The notes under the pieces are model-generated. The model searched no databases. It was not told the origin of the DNA and saw only the letters and a list, made by a program, of their open reading frames with translations. From the NCBI GenBank assembly GCA_009103225.1, contig RHPI01003020.1:143525-207524 (forward strand): a stretch of DNA of 64,000 nt, written 5' to 3'. This stretch comes from Chlorokybus atmophyticus (Eukaryota > Plantae > Mesostigma and Chlorokybus algae). The position numbers and the translations under genes are program-made. Shown piece by piece: positions 1 through 13,479 of this stretch. Position 1 is the first letter of the stretch, and the number at the start of each line of letters is the position of its first letter.

Positions 1-929
1 AGTTAAGAGGATACCGCTGAAACCCACCACTCGCATCGCCAAACACGCCAGCTTCTGTGCTGCACATCTGACTAAAGTCAACAGTGTTCTCGACCGCAGA
101 CCTCCTGACCTGCATGCCCAAACAAGTCTAAGTCCCACGCATGAACATCATGTGCTTCGTAGTGTCCACACGCACGCACGCACGCACGCACGCACCGGGT
201 TCTGGTTCCAGATTGTGATTGAGGGAAACGCCAGGCCTGCGCCATAAGACTTGTCGATGAGTGCAACATTGGTGTTTGTATTTCGGTCGCTAAACTCGCT
301 GATCTGCACGATAGCCAGCCAGAGGAAGATGGCCAGCCCGATGAGAAATATTGTGAACCAGATCAGCCTTCTCCGCAGACTGGTGTCGACACGCATGGCT
401 CGCGGTATGGCTGCAAAGCAGAGGGTTCACATAATCATGTATGGCTTCATGGTGCACTGCCCGCAACAATTGGCATGATGCATGGCTGCGTGACAACAAG
501 CACGCAGCTTTGCATCATGCTTAACACCAGGCAGGAAACGTAGCAAATGTAGCAAATTCTGTGACAAGCTTGCAAGAGCTTGTGCAGGGTGAAACGTGAA
601 CATGCACAACGCACAGATGTAACATAGGTTATTGCAGAGACTGTGGGCCACATCCACACAGCAATGTTACCATGCAGGGTGAAGTCGCCACACAGCTCAT
701 CGGCACGAGGGTCAAAGAGCCAGCTGGGTGTGCCTTTGTGAGCGCCTGCCTGCACGAGGGGCTTGACATCCGCCTCTTTGTCTGGCGGGGGGACCATGTC
801 TGGAGCATCCAATATGGGTTGTGATGAAGAGGATTTCATGCTAGCGCCGCGGCGGAAAGAACGCTTTGAAGGCGAGTCCACGTCGCTTGACTGCACCACA
901 ATGACGCCATGCTCCTCCATCCTGCGCAT
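1..929 (-). CDS. DEG/ENaC/ASIC-family (amiloride-sensitive-type) cation channel, 5' part; gene continues beyond window start
   Basis: Exons 929-671, 410-196 and 109-<1 joined by GT-AG introns give ...DFTLHAIPRAMRVDTSLRRRLIWFTIFLIGLAIFLWLAIVQISEF...TNTNV...LAFPSITIWNQNPVRRSAV. This is the pre-TM1 'TLH(G)' motif, R-x-x-W TM1 helix and FPxxTxCNxNPxR signature of DEG/ENaC channels. The start codon is uncertain because an upstream exon is possible. Confidence 0.8.
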
Positions 930-3900
930 GCATACAAGCTTAACACAATCGGATCAGCCCACGGTCTGGTTGGACGCACAGACACAGCGTTGTGAACACC
1001 ACATACCACACTTTCAAGTGCATGCGCAATGAGGTTGTGAGCGCAATCAGAGTGTCAAGCACAAGCTTTCAAGGGCTTGAGTGCTTGCTTTTGTCCCAAC
1101 TGGCAGCCGAACCACGTGAAACCGTCTGGCACACACTTTGCACGACACTGCGTACAGTGTTGGACACTTGGCCATTGTAAGCGAGAGAGAGAAGTAAGAA
1201 ACCAGAGTGTCCGCCATCAAAAATCAACGACGTGCAAACTAAATAGTGTGACTGTCTGCTCTGCGCTGCTGTGGGTGATCAGCACTGCGCGGTGATCTGT
1301 CAGCCACTGCTCCAGCGCAAGCGGCTGCTTGGGCAGGAGCAATATCAACAGACCGTCTCGCGACGCACAAGCAACAGTACATGCAAGCTGCACCAGACCA
1401 CACCAGGTCAGACCAGGCCACCGACAGCTACAGTACCTGGCAGCCGGTGTTGCAGCAGCGCCGGCCCGGCCTAGGCAGGCCAACAAGTGACGACCAACTC
1501 GCCTCCGCTGCCACTCCTTCTACTTCATCAACACAGCAGGCTCAGCAACCTGCTCGCTAACAGCGCGGGCGACGCTGCCGCGTCCACGGCGGCGGCGACA
1601 GCGGTGGCGACGCCGGCGGTATGCTTGGTCATGTCAGATAGCGAAACCACCAGTCAGCACGTAAGTGTTGACCGGTAGAGCGGTGTCGTAGTGCTCTCTG
1701 CGTCTGGTGGCCTCAGGCGCGCCGCCGGTTTATGTCGGTCACTGGCAGTGGGTCAGTTTGTGTGCAGGCGATGCCCAGCCGCGAGATTCACCGACATCTG
1801 CAGTGCGCGTCTCCTGAGGTAGATGACACGGGCACTCGGCGAATGCTTGTAAATGACCACGTGCGTCAACACCTTACGTTGCGCGGGAACTCGGAGGTCA
1901 TCAGAAACCCAACTCTATTTAGAGACTACAATAGACACAAAGAAACATAGATAAAAACATCAGATGCTCTTACCCCGTAGTTCTTCCCGCGGCACATGAA
2001 AATCGAGCCTAGGCTAGGTGGGCTGTACTTGCAGGTACATGTAGGTCTACCTGTCAGCTGCATGTAGCAGGTGTTACAGGTACCTGCAGATCACTGCAGA
2101 AACTATGCACACTGCCCAACATTATAAAATATACACAGTATATACACACTTACCACTTAACCATATCCACAAAGTTGTCATAAGAAAATGCATTTTGATC
2201 GCATAGCTCTTGAATTGAATGTGTGCCACCATGAAAAGTATATATTGCTTATGAATTTTCTTTTTCCCGTATAAGTCTTAAGAAGCTGCACGGCCACACC
2301 GCCTGTCGCAGATGGGTAATCAATTAGTAATGTTGCATGATGAGCGCTTGTTAACATTAGGGCGAAATATTTGACGCCAGCAGTATCACGTGTATCAATA
2401 GATCTATACCGAGCAAGTTATATCACTCTTCGGCTTACATAACATAGTAACCATTGTGAGATTGTGAGATTGTGCGAGAACTTCATCAATCATCATCGCA
2501 CCCTATCAATGTGCAATGCTTGTGAGTGTGCTAAAGCTTGGTATTCCAACTGCCCTTAAGTTCATGAGGTTTTGTAAATGGTAAACCATGAGTGGCTTGC
2601 TTATTGCTACCTTACTTATTCATAGCATGGTTACATGGGCGCTGCCGTGGTACCTCGTCCAAAAGTTTAAGAAATGCAAGTGTCATTCCAATGCAAGAAC
2701 GACATAAGCGCCACCGTTTTGAGGCGCCGTTTGGAGTCTTGCTAATCATGTGCCACATTGCAGGAGAGAGTGGACGCTACTCTTAGTCAGAGCGTTTTCA
2801 ACATGTGTTATGCAATGGAGCGAATGGGGTGCTCTACTACTGTGTGAGGCCTAATCACTTTACGGGCTCTTCTTCATGCTGCGAGGGGTGTGGTTGTGTG
2901 AACATGGGCACCAAGGTTGAAAGCAGCCTGGCTCAAAGCACCGCTTGATAATATATCAGCAGTTAAGAGAGGCGCTTAGCAAATGGTGAGCCTACTTAAA
3001 TTGCAAGGGATATGACAATGATGATAACGTATGTGACCCCGTCTGTCAAGTCCCCGCTGTCAGTTCTTTGGTTTAAGTTGCGCAAGTTGGAGTTGAACGG
3101 CAGTTGCGGCCGCGTGATGCATATATATGTGTGTATATATATACATATAATTTTTTTATTTTTGACAACAATGCAAACTTGGTGTGTATCATTGCATATC
3201 TCCTTATTGAATGTGTGTAGCATGCGTTCAATCATTGCATGGTCTAGTAACATGCAAGCCTGGGGCTAGTGTTTATGGTCTATTATTTGCATTATAGCGT
3301 GTCATTTGGACCTTGTGCATTGCAGCTTGTGATTTACAGTGCGTGCACAATAATTCATCCCGCTATAAGCTTGCAAATTATGAAAGCATGTTGTGCTGCA
3401 TCTTTAAAAGCAAGTACAACCATTAAGCAATGCACCGTGATATATACAACAACATGTCGCCGTTACTTTTAAACATTACCTGTTAACATTTACAACAAGC
3501 ATCCTTTTTTTCAGCTAAGGACACACCGATACCGTAGCGCCAGGGAAGATCTGGCTATTAGATATTTTATGAAAGTCATAGACGGACTTTGGATAGCGCT
3601 GGATAAGAAACTATACGGTGTTAGCAACAATCAACTTGCAAACCCATGGTAGGCTTCTGTCCGGCCCGTAGAGACAGTATCTAACGTCTTCATCGCCATG
3701 TTCGAAAACATACAGCGCCTCTGGCGCAAAGTTGTGACAATACTACCTTGACAATTTGAAAACAGCCCAATTTTCACTTGCACTACGGTTGTAGGCAACC
3801 GTTAGTAATGCCGTCTTCTCGGGGTATAAATATCTTCTTTTTGAATATATATGCCCTTTGACGACAATGTCAAGGAACCATTAGTTTACCTAGCAGATAC

Positions 3901-4384
3901 TGTTGGTTGTAAGATATACTTATCTACATGCAAACATGAATTGTGTTCAAGAACTTTCTGCAATTGATCAGAAAGTATACTTACAAGGAGGGTCACGTCG
4001 CGCAGCAACATCACAAAGTCACAGCGTCACGCTGCTGCGTCACGCGATACCGCGTTTTTGTAAGAGGATACTTATGCTTACAATGCAAGATGCGGTACGA
4101 TGCACTTGCTTTGTAAGTATAATATATGCTTATATGCGTGTAAACATAGTTATACGTATATGCAGGCAAACATGTCTGCCCTATAGATGCATATTTTGCA
4201 GGGACCAAGTGTATAGATATAAGGAGAGTGGACTGTGTGTATGCTACAGCTTTTAGCATACACATCCCTATTAGCATGAAACTGCTCATGATCAATGTGA
4301 TGCTTATATTGGCGCATGACGTAACTCGATGTAAGCTCGCACGTGACTCCACAGGCTCGCGCACTGCACCCACTGCATAGCAAA

Positions 4385-7300
4385 ATGCACTCCGGGGTAA
4401 GAGGGACCTTGTTCTTCTCCTCCTCCCCGATGGCGCCGCCCTCGCCAAGGCCTGCCGTAGCTGTGGCGAGGGTGAAGTCCTTCTCCTTCGACTGCGAGGC
4501 GCTATCCCTGGCAGTGCCACCGCCGCCGCTCTTCCCCTCCAGGACGAGGCAGCTGGCGGCGGCGTGGGCGGCGGCGGCGGCGGGGGGTGAGGAGGAGGCG
4601 GGGACGTGGCTGGGGAGGGAGGAAGAGTGGTCTAGGAGGAGTGCTGAGAAGGATAGGGATAGGGAGGCGAAGAGGCTCAGAGAGTCGGTGAAGAGCCTGG
4701 AGAAGGAGGTGAAGAGTGCCAGGATTGAGCTGCAGCAGAAATGCTACGGCTTGACTGAACTGGAAAGTGAGGTAAGGATCTGGGTAGTGTGCTCAAAACA
4801 GTATTAATAGCAACAACAAATGACAATAGACAACAACATCACCACATACGACACCACCACCACCACTACCACCACCACCACCACCACCACCACCACCACC
4901 ACAATAACAGCAACGACGACAGTTGCACAGTAACTATAACCACGAGAACAAGTACAGCAAGTACAATAACAAAGACAACAATGTTAACACCACCACCAAA
5001 ACAACGTTAGTGATGATGCTGGTGTTAACGCCTATGCTTGCGCAACAGTGTTGTAACAGTGTTGTTTCACAGAGTCAGTCCCTTAACAGCTACACAACTT
5101 GTACCTATCCAAGTTGCTAGTATCCATCACGTGTGAAAAACAGCGACATGTTGGCAGCATTTTCCACTGGGCACCCCTCCATGTTGCAATCAACAACTAC
5201 CTGATTGTTCAGTATGTTCGCAAGTGCAGGTGGAAGCTATGCGGCTTCAGGTGCGGTTGAAGCAGGAGCAGCAGCTATTGGTGGCGTCATCCTCATTGCA
5301 AGCTGATGAAGATGACAACCATCAAGAAGCCGATGACGAACGGCCGTCAACGCCTGCGGTATAGCACTAGCACGCGCACGTGCACGCACACGCACACGCA
5401 CACGCACACGCACGTGCACATGCGCTCACATATGCACAGGCGAAATGCGCTCACATGTGCACACCCCTGCAAACGCATGCGCATGCACACATTGATCATC
5501 ACATGTTCTTGGTGTTACTCGTAGATCAGTGGACGTTTCTTTGGCCTTACAAGAGATGAGTACGTGCGTGCTTCGGGCATGGTGAGTTTGTTGTCCATGC
5601 CCAACACAGCATAGGGCTGTAACCTTGCAGAGATGCGTATCATCGCCCACAACCTAACATACCCAAATACAAAAACTACCCAACATTGCTGCGTTGCACA
5701 CAGGATTGGGCCTTTGGAAGCAAACTGGACGACGCCGGCGACGATGATTACACGCTGGACAAACTCAACAACGTCCCTCACGTCGTGCGATACAACAACC
5801 ACAACAACACGGACAGTGACGATGGCGGTGGCAGTGAGTGTGGCACGAGCAGCACGCGGCAACAACGACGTACGCAACATGCGGGCAGTGATAACGCGCG
5901 TAGCGAACCACAACAAGCCAAGTGAGTGTAGTTGTTGTCGCCGTAGCGGTGAGTTTGAACAAGAAATATAGTATTGCTTATCTGTTGACACACGCAGGTT
6001 GTGTGCGAAGCATGGGGATCTGCACTGCAACTGCGTGCGCTACCTCGTGAGCGAATGGAGCGTCTGCACAAGTACGACTAAAGCATGAACTATGCAATGT
6101 GCACAGGTGCCAACACCCGCATGCGTGCCCGTGCATATGTGTGCGCGTGTGCGGTTGCGTGTGTGTGTGCACGCGCGTGCCTGTGCTTATGTGTGCGTGA
6201 GTGCAAGTGAGTGTACGAGCGTGTGCGTAGGCACTACAATGATCATGACCACCTTCATGTGTTGCAGCGCCGCAGCCGTTCTCTTTTGCCGAGCGCGAGC
6301 AGCAGCGCAAAGGCCAGAGCATCCTGGAGATGCGCCTCCGACAGGTGAGAGAAGCAGGGGCTTGCTGCCTTCCTTGTCGACCACCGCGTCGTAGTGCACA
6401 GAGAGATGTTGCGTTCCAGCACGAGCATGAGACTTATCCTGTGCAGGACTTGGCGGTGAGGAGAGAGCTTGAAGACAGCGCGCGCAGGAAAGGATTCAAA
6501 GTGAGTGTTCGGTTAGCAGACACATGCTCATGCGCACAAGAGCAGACACCCCCCCGCACGCACGCACGCACGCACGTGCACTGCTGTGTATGTGTGCGCG
6601 TGCGCGTGCACGTGCATCTGTTGCTTGCGTGTGCTTGTGTGCGCATTTGGGTTTGAGCGCTCTTGCGTTTGCACTTGTTTGTACCCGCGCACGCGCGCAC
6701 GCACACCCTCCTTTCCCACCAGGCCAACCCGGTGCCCCTCTCGTCGCTTGTCCCCCGCTTCGACCGCCTGACGCTCGAGGGCGAGGCTCGGCGTGCCGCG
6801 CGGGTGGCGGCGAGACGGGAAGAGTGGCAAGTCAGCTTGATGAAAGACACGCCCGACTATGCACGCTCGTCAAAGTGAGAGAAGATGCCATGTAGTCTGA
6901 TTGAAAACAAGGTCACGTTGTTATCTTAGCATCAACACACGCATGTGTACATGCAGGTCGTTTTCGAGTGGTCGAGTGGACGACACGAGGCCGATGTCGG
7001 CGCCGCCTTTCAGGGCGAAGGAGGTGCCTCATCATGTATTGGAGCCAAGGTGGGGCTTTTTCAGCAGTCAGTGATAAACGAGAGAAGACAGCGTGTTCAA
7101 TCTGGGGGTGTTGTGCACTTGATTCAGGTTTGATAGAATGATGGAAGAGGGCGAGAAGAGGCGGCAGGCGGCCATACGTGAACGAGCCGAGGCGCTACTT
7201 GCGGTGAGACATGCTGCCTCTGTTGGAGTTGTTGTGCATGTGCATCGGTATCCTGCATTGTGGCACGTTTGGAGTTGTTGAACTCTGCTGACTGTTTTGA

Positions 7301-8557
7301 CTACTGCACACCAGACTGCAGCTATGCCCAGCCGCATGGCGCAGCACGCCGAGCAGCAGAGTAGTGCAGAGTCCAATGCTACTGCCAACAACGCCAAGAA
7401 TCATCAACTGGGAGCGGAGTTCATCTTCCATCCGCAAATCAAGCAGTGAGGGGCTGGTTTGCGCATGTCTTGCCAGATGGAATGGACTGGACTGATGCAG
7501 TGATGGGTTGGCTGATTCTGCTGTCATAACAGCAAAGTTCCGGACTTCACGCGGCTTCAACAGCAGTTTCAGGATGCGTTGGACGCCGCGAGGCCTCACT
7601 TCAAGACAACAGGCAAGACATGCCAATGTGTTACACCCCCGTGCGTGCGTGTGACTGTGGGTGTCAGCGTGTGCGTGTGCGTGTGAGTGAAAAGCACACA
7701 TTGTTGATACTCCCATACGCTCAATTTGCAGCTTCAACGGAGTTTCGGTTGTCGGAGTCGAAGCTGGATTGGGCGGAGAAGACGCGCAGGATACTTGCGG
7801 ATGTGCAGCACGATGAGGACACAATGCGCGAACGGCGATGGCCGTACATGGCACCAAGAACAAAGGTGTGTGCACGCGTATGTGAACGATTGGTGAAAAG
7901 CTTACTGTTATGCATGCACGTATGTGTGCATGTGCATCCGCACGCGCAGACACGCACGCACGCACGCACGCACGCACGTACGCACGTACGCACACACGCG
8001 TATGCGTGCATGCACATTCGCATGCCTGCATGCAGGCCCGCATGCGCACATACACATGTACACGCACGCATATGCGCAAGCACGCGCATTTCCTCCGCAT
8101 CTCACAACATCCATCAACCAGGTGAGGCCCACACCCGTGCCCACAGTGCTCGAGCCCAAGCGCCTTCCTTCCGGCACCAAGGCTGTCACACTCAAGCTAG
8201 AAACCACAAAGAAGAACATCGCCGCAGGTGCACACACACACCCAACACACACCCACCACCCACCACCACATCACCACCAACACCACCCCTGTATCAGGTG
8301 TGTATGCCAGCCGGGAAGAGAAGGAGAGAGCCGAGCGTGAGCAGAGGGATAAAGAGAGGGAGGAGAAGGAGCAGAAGAACAGGGTGTCCACACCACCACG
8401 AGGAGGAGGGAGACTGCATGCTCAGCAAGAGATGCACAGAGACGTCAGGCACAAGCAGCAGGAGGGTGTGGCGCGTGCCGTCGTGGAGGACACGCTGCAT
8501 GCGCATGGCGTGGACTCGTCTGTCGTCTACTGGGAAGAAGAGTTGCTCAACCGGTGA
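4385..8557 (+). CDS. FAM161: FAM161/UPF0564-family centriole/cilium microtubule-binding protein (about 13 exons)
   Basis: Spliced exons encode PQPFSFAEREQQRK, ANPVPLSSLVPRFDRL, PFRAKEVP, FDRMMEEGEKRRQAAIRERAEALL, AMPSRM, FIFHPQIK-VPDFTRLQQQFQDAL, matching the ordered motifs of FAM161A/B, plus an N-terminal coiled coil. Start is ATG 4385 or 4430; stop at 8555-8557. Confidence 0.8.
4852..4902 (+). repeat. (CAC)n trinucleotide microsatellite in FAM161 intron 1
   Basis: Near-perfect CAC run read directly from the sequence, flanked by degenerate CAA/AAC repeats. Confidence 0.95.
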
Positions 8558-8875
8558 CATACTTATAGGCCTATTGTGACTGTTGCTAGTGTTGTGTACA
8601 ATCATGCTAAGGCTGCAATGCCAGCTTGAACGCGCGTAGAGTATGTGCTTGTGTTGCGAGCGAGTGATGGGCCTGGTGTTATGTAACAGACTCTCAAACT
8701 GTGGCATGCAACTGTTGGGAATGTTCGTGGAGGCGGGAGATCCCACTTCTTCTTGAGGCGGCAAAGATTGAGGGCCCATGGCAAACATGCTATTTGCCCT
8801 ACCTATGCAAGACAGCACGCATGATGTACAGTCGGTGGTGTACACGCACACGCCTGGATGGTGTGTGCTTGCGAG

Positions 8876-10199
8876 CTAGTGGCTACGTGCGCGCCGCGCT
8901 GCCTTCTTACGTCGTCGGCCTAACCCCAACCCCAACCCTACCGCAAATCCTAATGCTCTGAACAACTTGAATAGAAAATAAGCAAGCGGGCACACAACAA
9001 GCAGTGCCACCACCGGAAGAGCGATGTATAACCCAGCACCCGCTACAGCTCCTGCGCCAAGCACCGCACCCGCCTGCATGTGTACGTTGCGCGCACGTGT
9101 GTATGTGAGATATACATGTACCAACTGCGCACATGTGCGCGAGTGCGCATACACGTGTGTCTTTGTCTGTCATGTGCGTGCAACACCAAGTACACGAAAC
9201 TCAGCTTCGTGTACATGTCAAATCAAGTGGCCTTGGAGTTACCTTAGCAAGAGCCACCATGATGGCTGCCCCGCCGTATACGGTGGCTCCACTTGCAGCC
9301 GTCACACCCGAAATTGATGCTGCTGTCAGGCCAATTGCAACTCCCGCAGCAGACACACCCCCAGCGACGCGCCCGCTCCATCTGGCAGGCAAGGAGTTCA
9401 TGAGCGACTGTTGCACATCAGCACACATGCGTATGCACACGCACATGCATAGACACACACCCGCACGCGCATGCATAGACACACATGCCCACACGCACAC
9501 GCACACGCCCACGCCCACGCCAGATAAGCGCACGGACACGCACTGTCGCACATGGCAAGCATTCCTACCTTGCCACCTGCCCTTCCGCATTGTCGGGCAA
9601 CAGCGCACCAACAACTTCATCTGCCTTCATGGCTGCCGCAGCCCCTAACAACCCGATCCCCGTCGCGGCGGCCCCGAGACCCGTCACGGCGGCTAACGCC
9701 TTCGCACCCCCAACCTGCGCAGCACCTAGCAGCCACAGTGGGTTGGGTTGGGTTGGGTTGGGTTGGGTTGCAACGGTGTGGACATGTGTGCCATTGTGTT
9801 AGCCTCACCTGCCATCATGCCCGCACCACCCGCCACCTTGGTGCCAGCTGCAATCGCCACGCCTTGGCCACATTGAGACGCGAATGTGACGATGGGAGCA
9901 ACATCATTGTAACCTGATTGATAACCGGTGACTCAAGCGTCAATGTGCATGGTGCAGCACCACTCCACGCACTCGTCATATGGCAGGGGCACACACACAC
10001 AAAACCTGTTTGTGCGCGCGCAGGCACATTCGCGTGCATACAGCTTATCAGATACATGCAACGACCCATTCACCCACCCACATACCAGCGAGCACACACA
10101 CATGCGCACACGTACACTGCTACTCATACCCTTCATGAGCGCTGCACCCCACCCGGACGCTTGTTTCTTCGCGCCATCGTCTGGCGACTTTTTCGCCAT
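8876..10199 (-). CDS. Gly/Ala-rich glycine-zipper membrane protein, paralog B (5 exons)
   Basis: MAKKSPDDGAKKQASGWGAALMK|GYNDVAPIVTF...GGAGMMA|GAAQVGGAK...GAAATGIGLLGAAA...LLPDNAEGQVA|RWSGRVAGGVSAAG...GATVYGGAAIMVALAK|AGAVLGAGAVAGAGLYIALPVVALLVV...RRRKKAARRARSH*. Exon structure is identical to the paralog at 13480-15079. Confidence 0.75.
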
Positions 10200-11743
10200 G
10201 GATATGGGGTAGAGGCTTCTCCCGCAACAAGCGCACAGTGTTCAATGGCAGCTGAGCACTGACACACAGTTGCACGGTGCCACCGCACCCTAAAGTCACT
10301 TATACTCTACAGGCTACCGAAGCTAAGCACGCTGGTAGCTGGCAGGCCTTTTACTGGCGTGAAACGTGCATTTGTGCGTGCGTGCGTGCATCTGATGTTT
10401 CGTGTAAGCGAGCCTAGGCTTGGGTCTGAGACCTAACAGCTGCTAGGTGATGGCCAAGCAGTGTGCTTCAGATTCTTCTCAGTCCCCGCGCCCCCAAACC
10501 CTGAGCGGAGTATAGTGAGTTCGGCCCACGCAACGGCAGCCAGCAGGTCAGTTGCTGACGTCGTCGTGGTCAGACTTGGAGCATGTTGTGCGCTGCCTGG
10601 TGCTGTGTGCAGAGAGAGATGTGCGACACGTGTTGTGTGCGAGACTCGTGTGACACGAGTCGTGTCACGTGATGTGACAGCCGAGACGGTTAAGCTGTGG
10701 ACCTTACGCTTATACAAGGGTAAACACCGTAAGTTGAAGTGTATGAATGTGTAAGGGGAACGTGCCAATGTACAGACGTTGCTAATCTAAGGTAAAGCCC
10801 CCTGATCGGGATTGGCCCCCAATTTGGAAGTTAATCAAGTGTGTGGAAGCATGTTATTATATTATATATATTAAGCATGGTTGATAAATATCAAACACAA
10901 GCTTGCATGGTACTGCATGTGCATGAATGCAAAGGGGGATGCGCCTGCATCAACTACACATCATGCATCATACACATCATCTAATAACACAGGCACCAAT
11001 TTAACCACCGTGCTACTTCACACTTGAAATCATTGTGTGCATCGAGTAGTTGAGATGGCATTTATGTGTGTGTATATAGTGTTACATATTGCCTTAGCAT
11101 GCACAATGTGCATGCCAGCACCGGTGTCACCCACAGTGCAGTGCCAGCACAGAGCAAGTGTGTGTACGCAGAGTAGTTGAGATTGCACAACCATGCGTGA
11201 TGTGTATGCTAGCACGCGTGTGTGTAACCCAAGTGTAATTATCGGTTTGCCAACCTTGCCAACCGAACAATAGTTGAACCGGAGTCACATTGCAGGCCGC
11301 AATGGCTGCTATGTGACCTTTTGTCGCACAACTCGCATTGCATCGCGATGTCTTAATACAACTTGGCTTGAGTTGGTTTGCCACTTAGATACCTGATGGT
11401 AACTACCGTGTTTAGGGGGGTGCAGCCAGGTTGACAAGTAAGTCATCGAGTTATGAATTAGTCAAGCTGGTTTATTCTTGGCATAGCATTGTACAATATC
11501 CTAAAACATTTTTACAGTACTATTACAGTACATTTATGGTACGACATTAATGATGCTTGTGCAAAGATAAACTTTGAGTTGGTTCAACAATCACATGTAT
11601 ATATATTGTTAAGCGAAGCGTGCGAATGTGGTGTGACTCTTTTATGGCAGTAATACATGAAGTGCGCGCTCGCAGGCAGTTTGCAAGCGGACAATACGTG
11701 TGAGTGGGTGGGTAAGTGCAGGGGCGGTTGCCTCCTAAAAAGT

Positions 11744-11828
11744 NNNNNNNNNNNNNNNNNNNNNNNNNNNNNNNNNNNNNNNNNNNNNNNNNNNNNNNNN
11801 NNNNNNNNNNNNNNNNNNNNNNNNNNNN
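11744..11828. other. Assembly gap (N run)
   Basis: 85 Ns followed by a G run. Confidence 1.
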
Positions 11829-13479
11829 GGGGGGTAGTGTGATGCCCATAGTGGCTTACCACATCACAACATGGCTGTGACACTCATATTTATCACTGTA
11901 GTAACACTTGATATCATGTGTAAGTTGTGTGCTGCAGAAGGCACACAACATACACTTGCTTGACAATGAAGGTAAGCTTTAATAATTGAGATTATTATTA
12001 ATGCGCACGCATATTGTACTTCAAACTGGCTTTCTGGCACAAATATGTCATATGGCATTACATTGATCTCTTAATATATGTTGCTCATCTTCACACTTTT
12101 TAACTGTAATCGTCTCCACGTCGATTTCAATCCATGGTTGAATGAATCACCCGCGACTTGTAGCCCGCAACCCAACTACGTGTAAAGTTAAGTTAATGAC
12201 TTGGTGACGCGCTCATGGTATTGCATTCTTGTAAAGTCAAACTCGACATGCTATCGAGTAATTCGATTATGGTCAATCATTGTATGTGATCAGCAATATG
12301 CCTTTCATGTGCGGGGCAAGACGCGCGGGCATCTCTGCTTGCATGTTGTTAAACCATTTACGCAACAGTTGCAGTTTCACAGATCAATTATATTGATACA
12401 ATAGACATGAACTATTTATTGTTCTCTCATATAGTGTGGAAACTTGTTTCAAGTATGGATGCGTCGCAATTGTACTGTAATCACATATGAATTATGTTAA
12501 AGTGTAACGCATTAACACCATACAAGTTTATCTGTCAAGGGGTATCATTTACCATGCACGTGTATAGTATATGATAATCATAATGTATTTATATGAAATG
12601 TCAGGTATATCGATCAACTTTATGATAACATGATAAGTGTTAATGTCTTGTCGCACTGTAAATTGTATGGTGTTGTACAAATACGTTTCCAGCCACAGAG
12701 CTCTTCAAAGTGTGCACAATGCGCAATCATTGCGGCATGCGCGGCACACTGATTGCCAAAGTTGATTTGAAATCACTTTCAAACTCAGGTACTAACGGCC
12801 TGTGGCCCGCCGTCACACAAATAACCATTCACAACAACGGCACAGTGGGCATGCAGCCCTAATCACCAGCTTGGGTTGACGCGTCATCGTGTCACGTGAC
12901 GCGAGTCAAATACTGTGGCAGACTCGTGACACAACACGTGCACCACTCTGCACACAGCAGCGCACAACTGCATGCCACACAAGCTGCGGCGGCGGCGCCT
13001 CAACATAACATGCCGGAGTCGTGACAAGGACGTCCACTTCTGTGGACTCAGGACCGTTCTTCTCTCAATAACTAACCCTCCCTGCGGGCGGATAAAACCC
13101 AATGTTTATCCAGGACCTGTTCGTCGTACTCAATGCGCTCTGGCAGGGATGTGAGAGGAACACTGTCAGCGCCTGAGGTCTAGAGCCTGCACCTATTACT
13201 GGTTACACACATGACATGTGGATCGTATAACGTGTGAGCCACATGCAATCAGCACAAGCATATGCACAGCAGCACACCCAACTGCACCAGTCGTACAGCA
13301 GTAGCAGCCTGGCTGGGGGTCAGTGGGCCAGCCAGCTAGCAGCAGCTTTGGTAGCTGAGTAATAGCAGTGTGAGTTCAGGTTGCAGTGCCACTGTGCCTG
13401 TGTGTGTGAAAGTGCTCAGCTGCTATATTGCCATACTGTGCACTTGCTAAGGAAGGAAGCCTCCACCCCCTTGATGTCC

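Noticed and set aside
1217-1700. Minus- and plus-strand ORFs upstream of the ENaC-like gene
   Set aside because: No consistent spliced frame or recognisable motif; more likely 5' UTR or promoter.
3515-3880. Minus-strand ~120-codon frame with only two stops (FLDIVVKGHIYSK...), possibly an eroded viral or TE gene
   Set aside because: No recognisable motif, and the stop deficit is not far enough from chance to support a call without a search.
3992-4044. Clusters of GTCACG/CGTGAC upstream of several genes (also 51373-51498, 26789, 36276)
   Set aside because: A 6-mer expected about 30 times by chance in 64 kb; enrichment cannot be shown by eye.
4789-5010. Poly-His ORF
   Set aside because: Translation of an intronic (CAC)n microsatellite.
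7195-8579. Long overlapping ORFs (301 aa minus, 319 aa plus) rich in HART/CVRA
   Set aside because: Artefacts of stop-poor (GCAC)n intron repeats overlapping FAM161 exons.
11744-11828. N-gaps (also 41769-41890) as possible hidden elements
   Set aside because: Short gaps next to G runs, consistent with sequencing dropout; no evidence of content.
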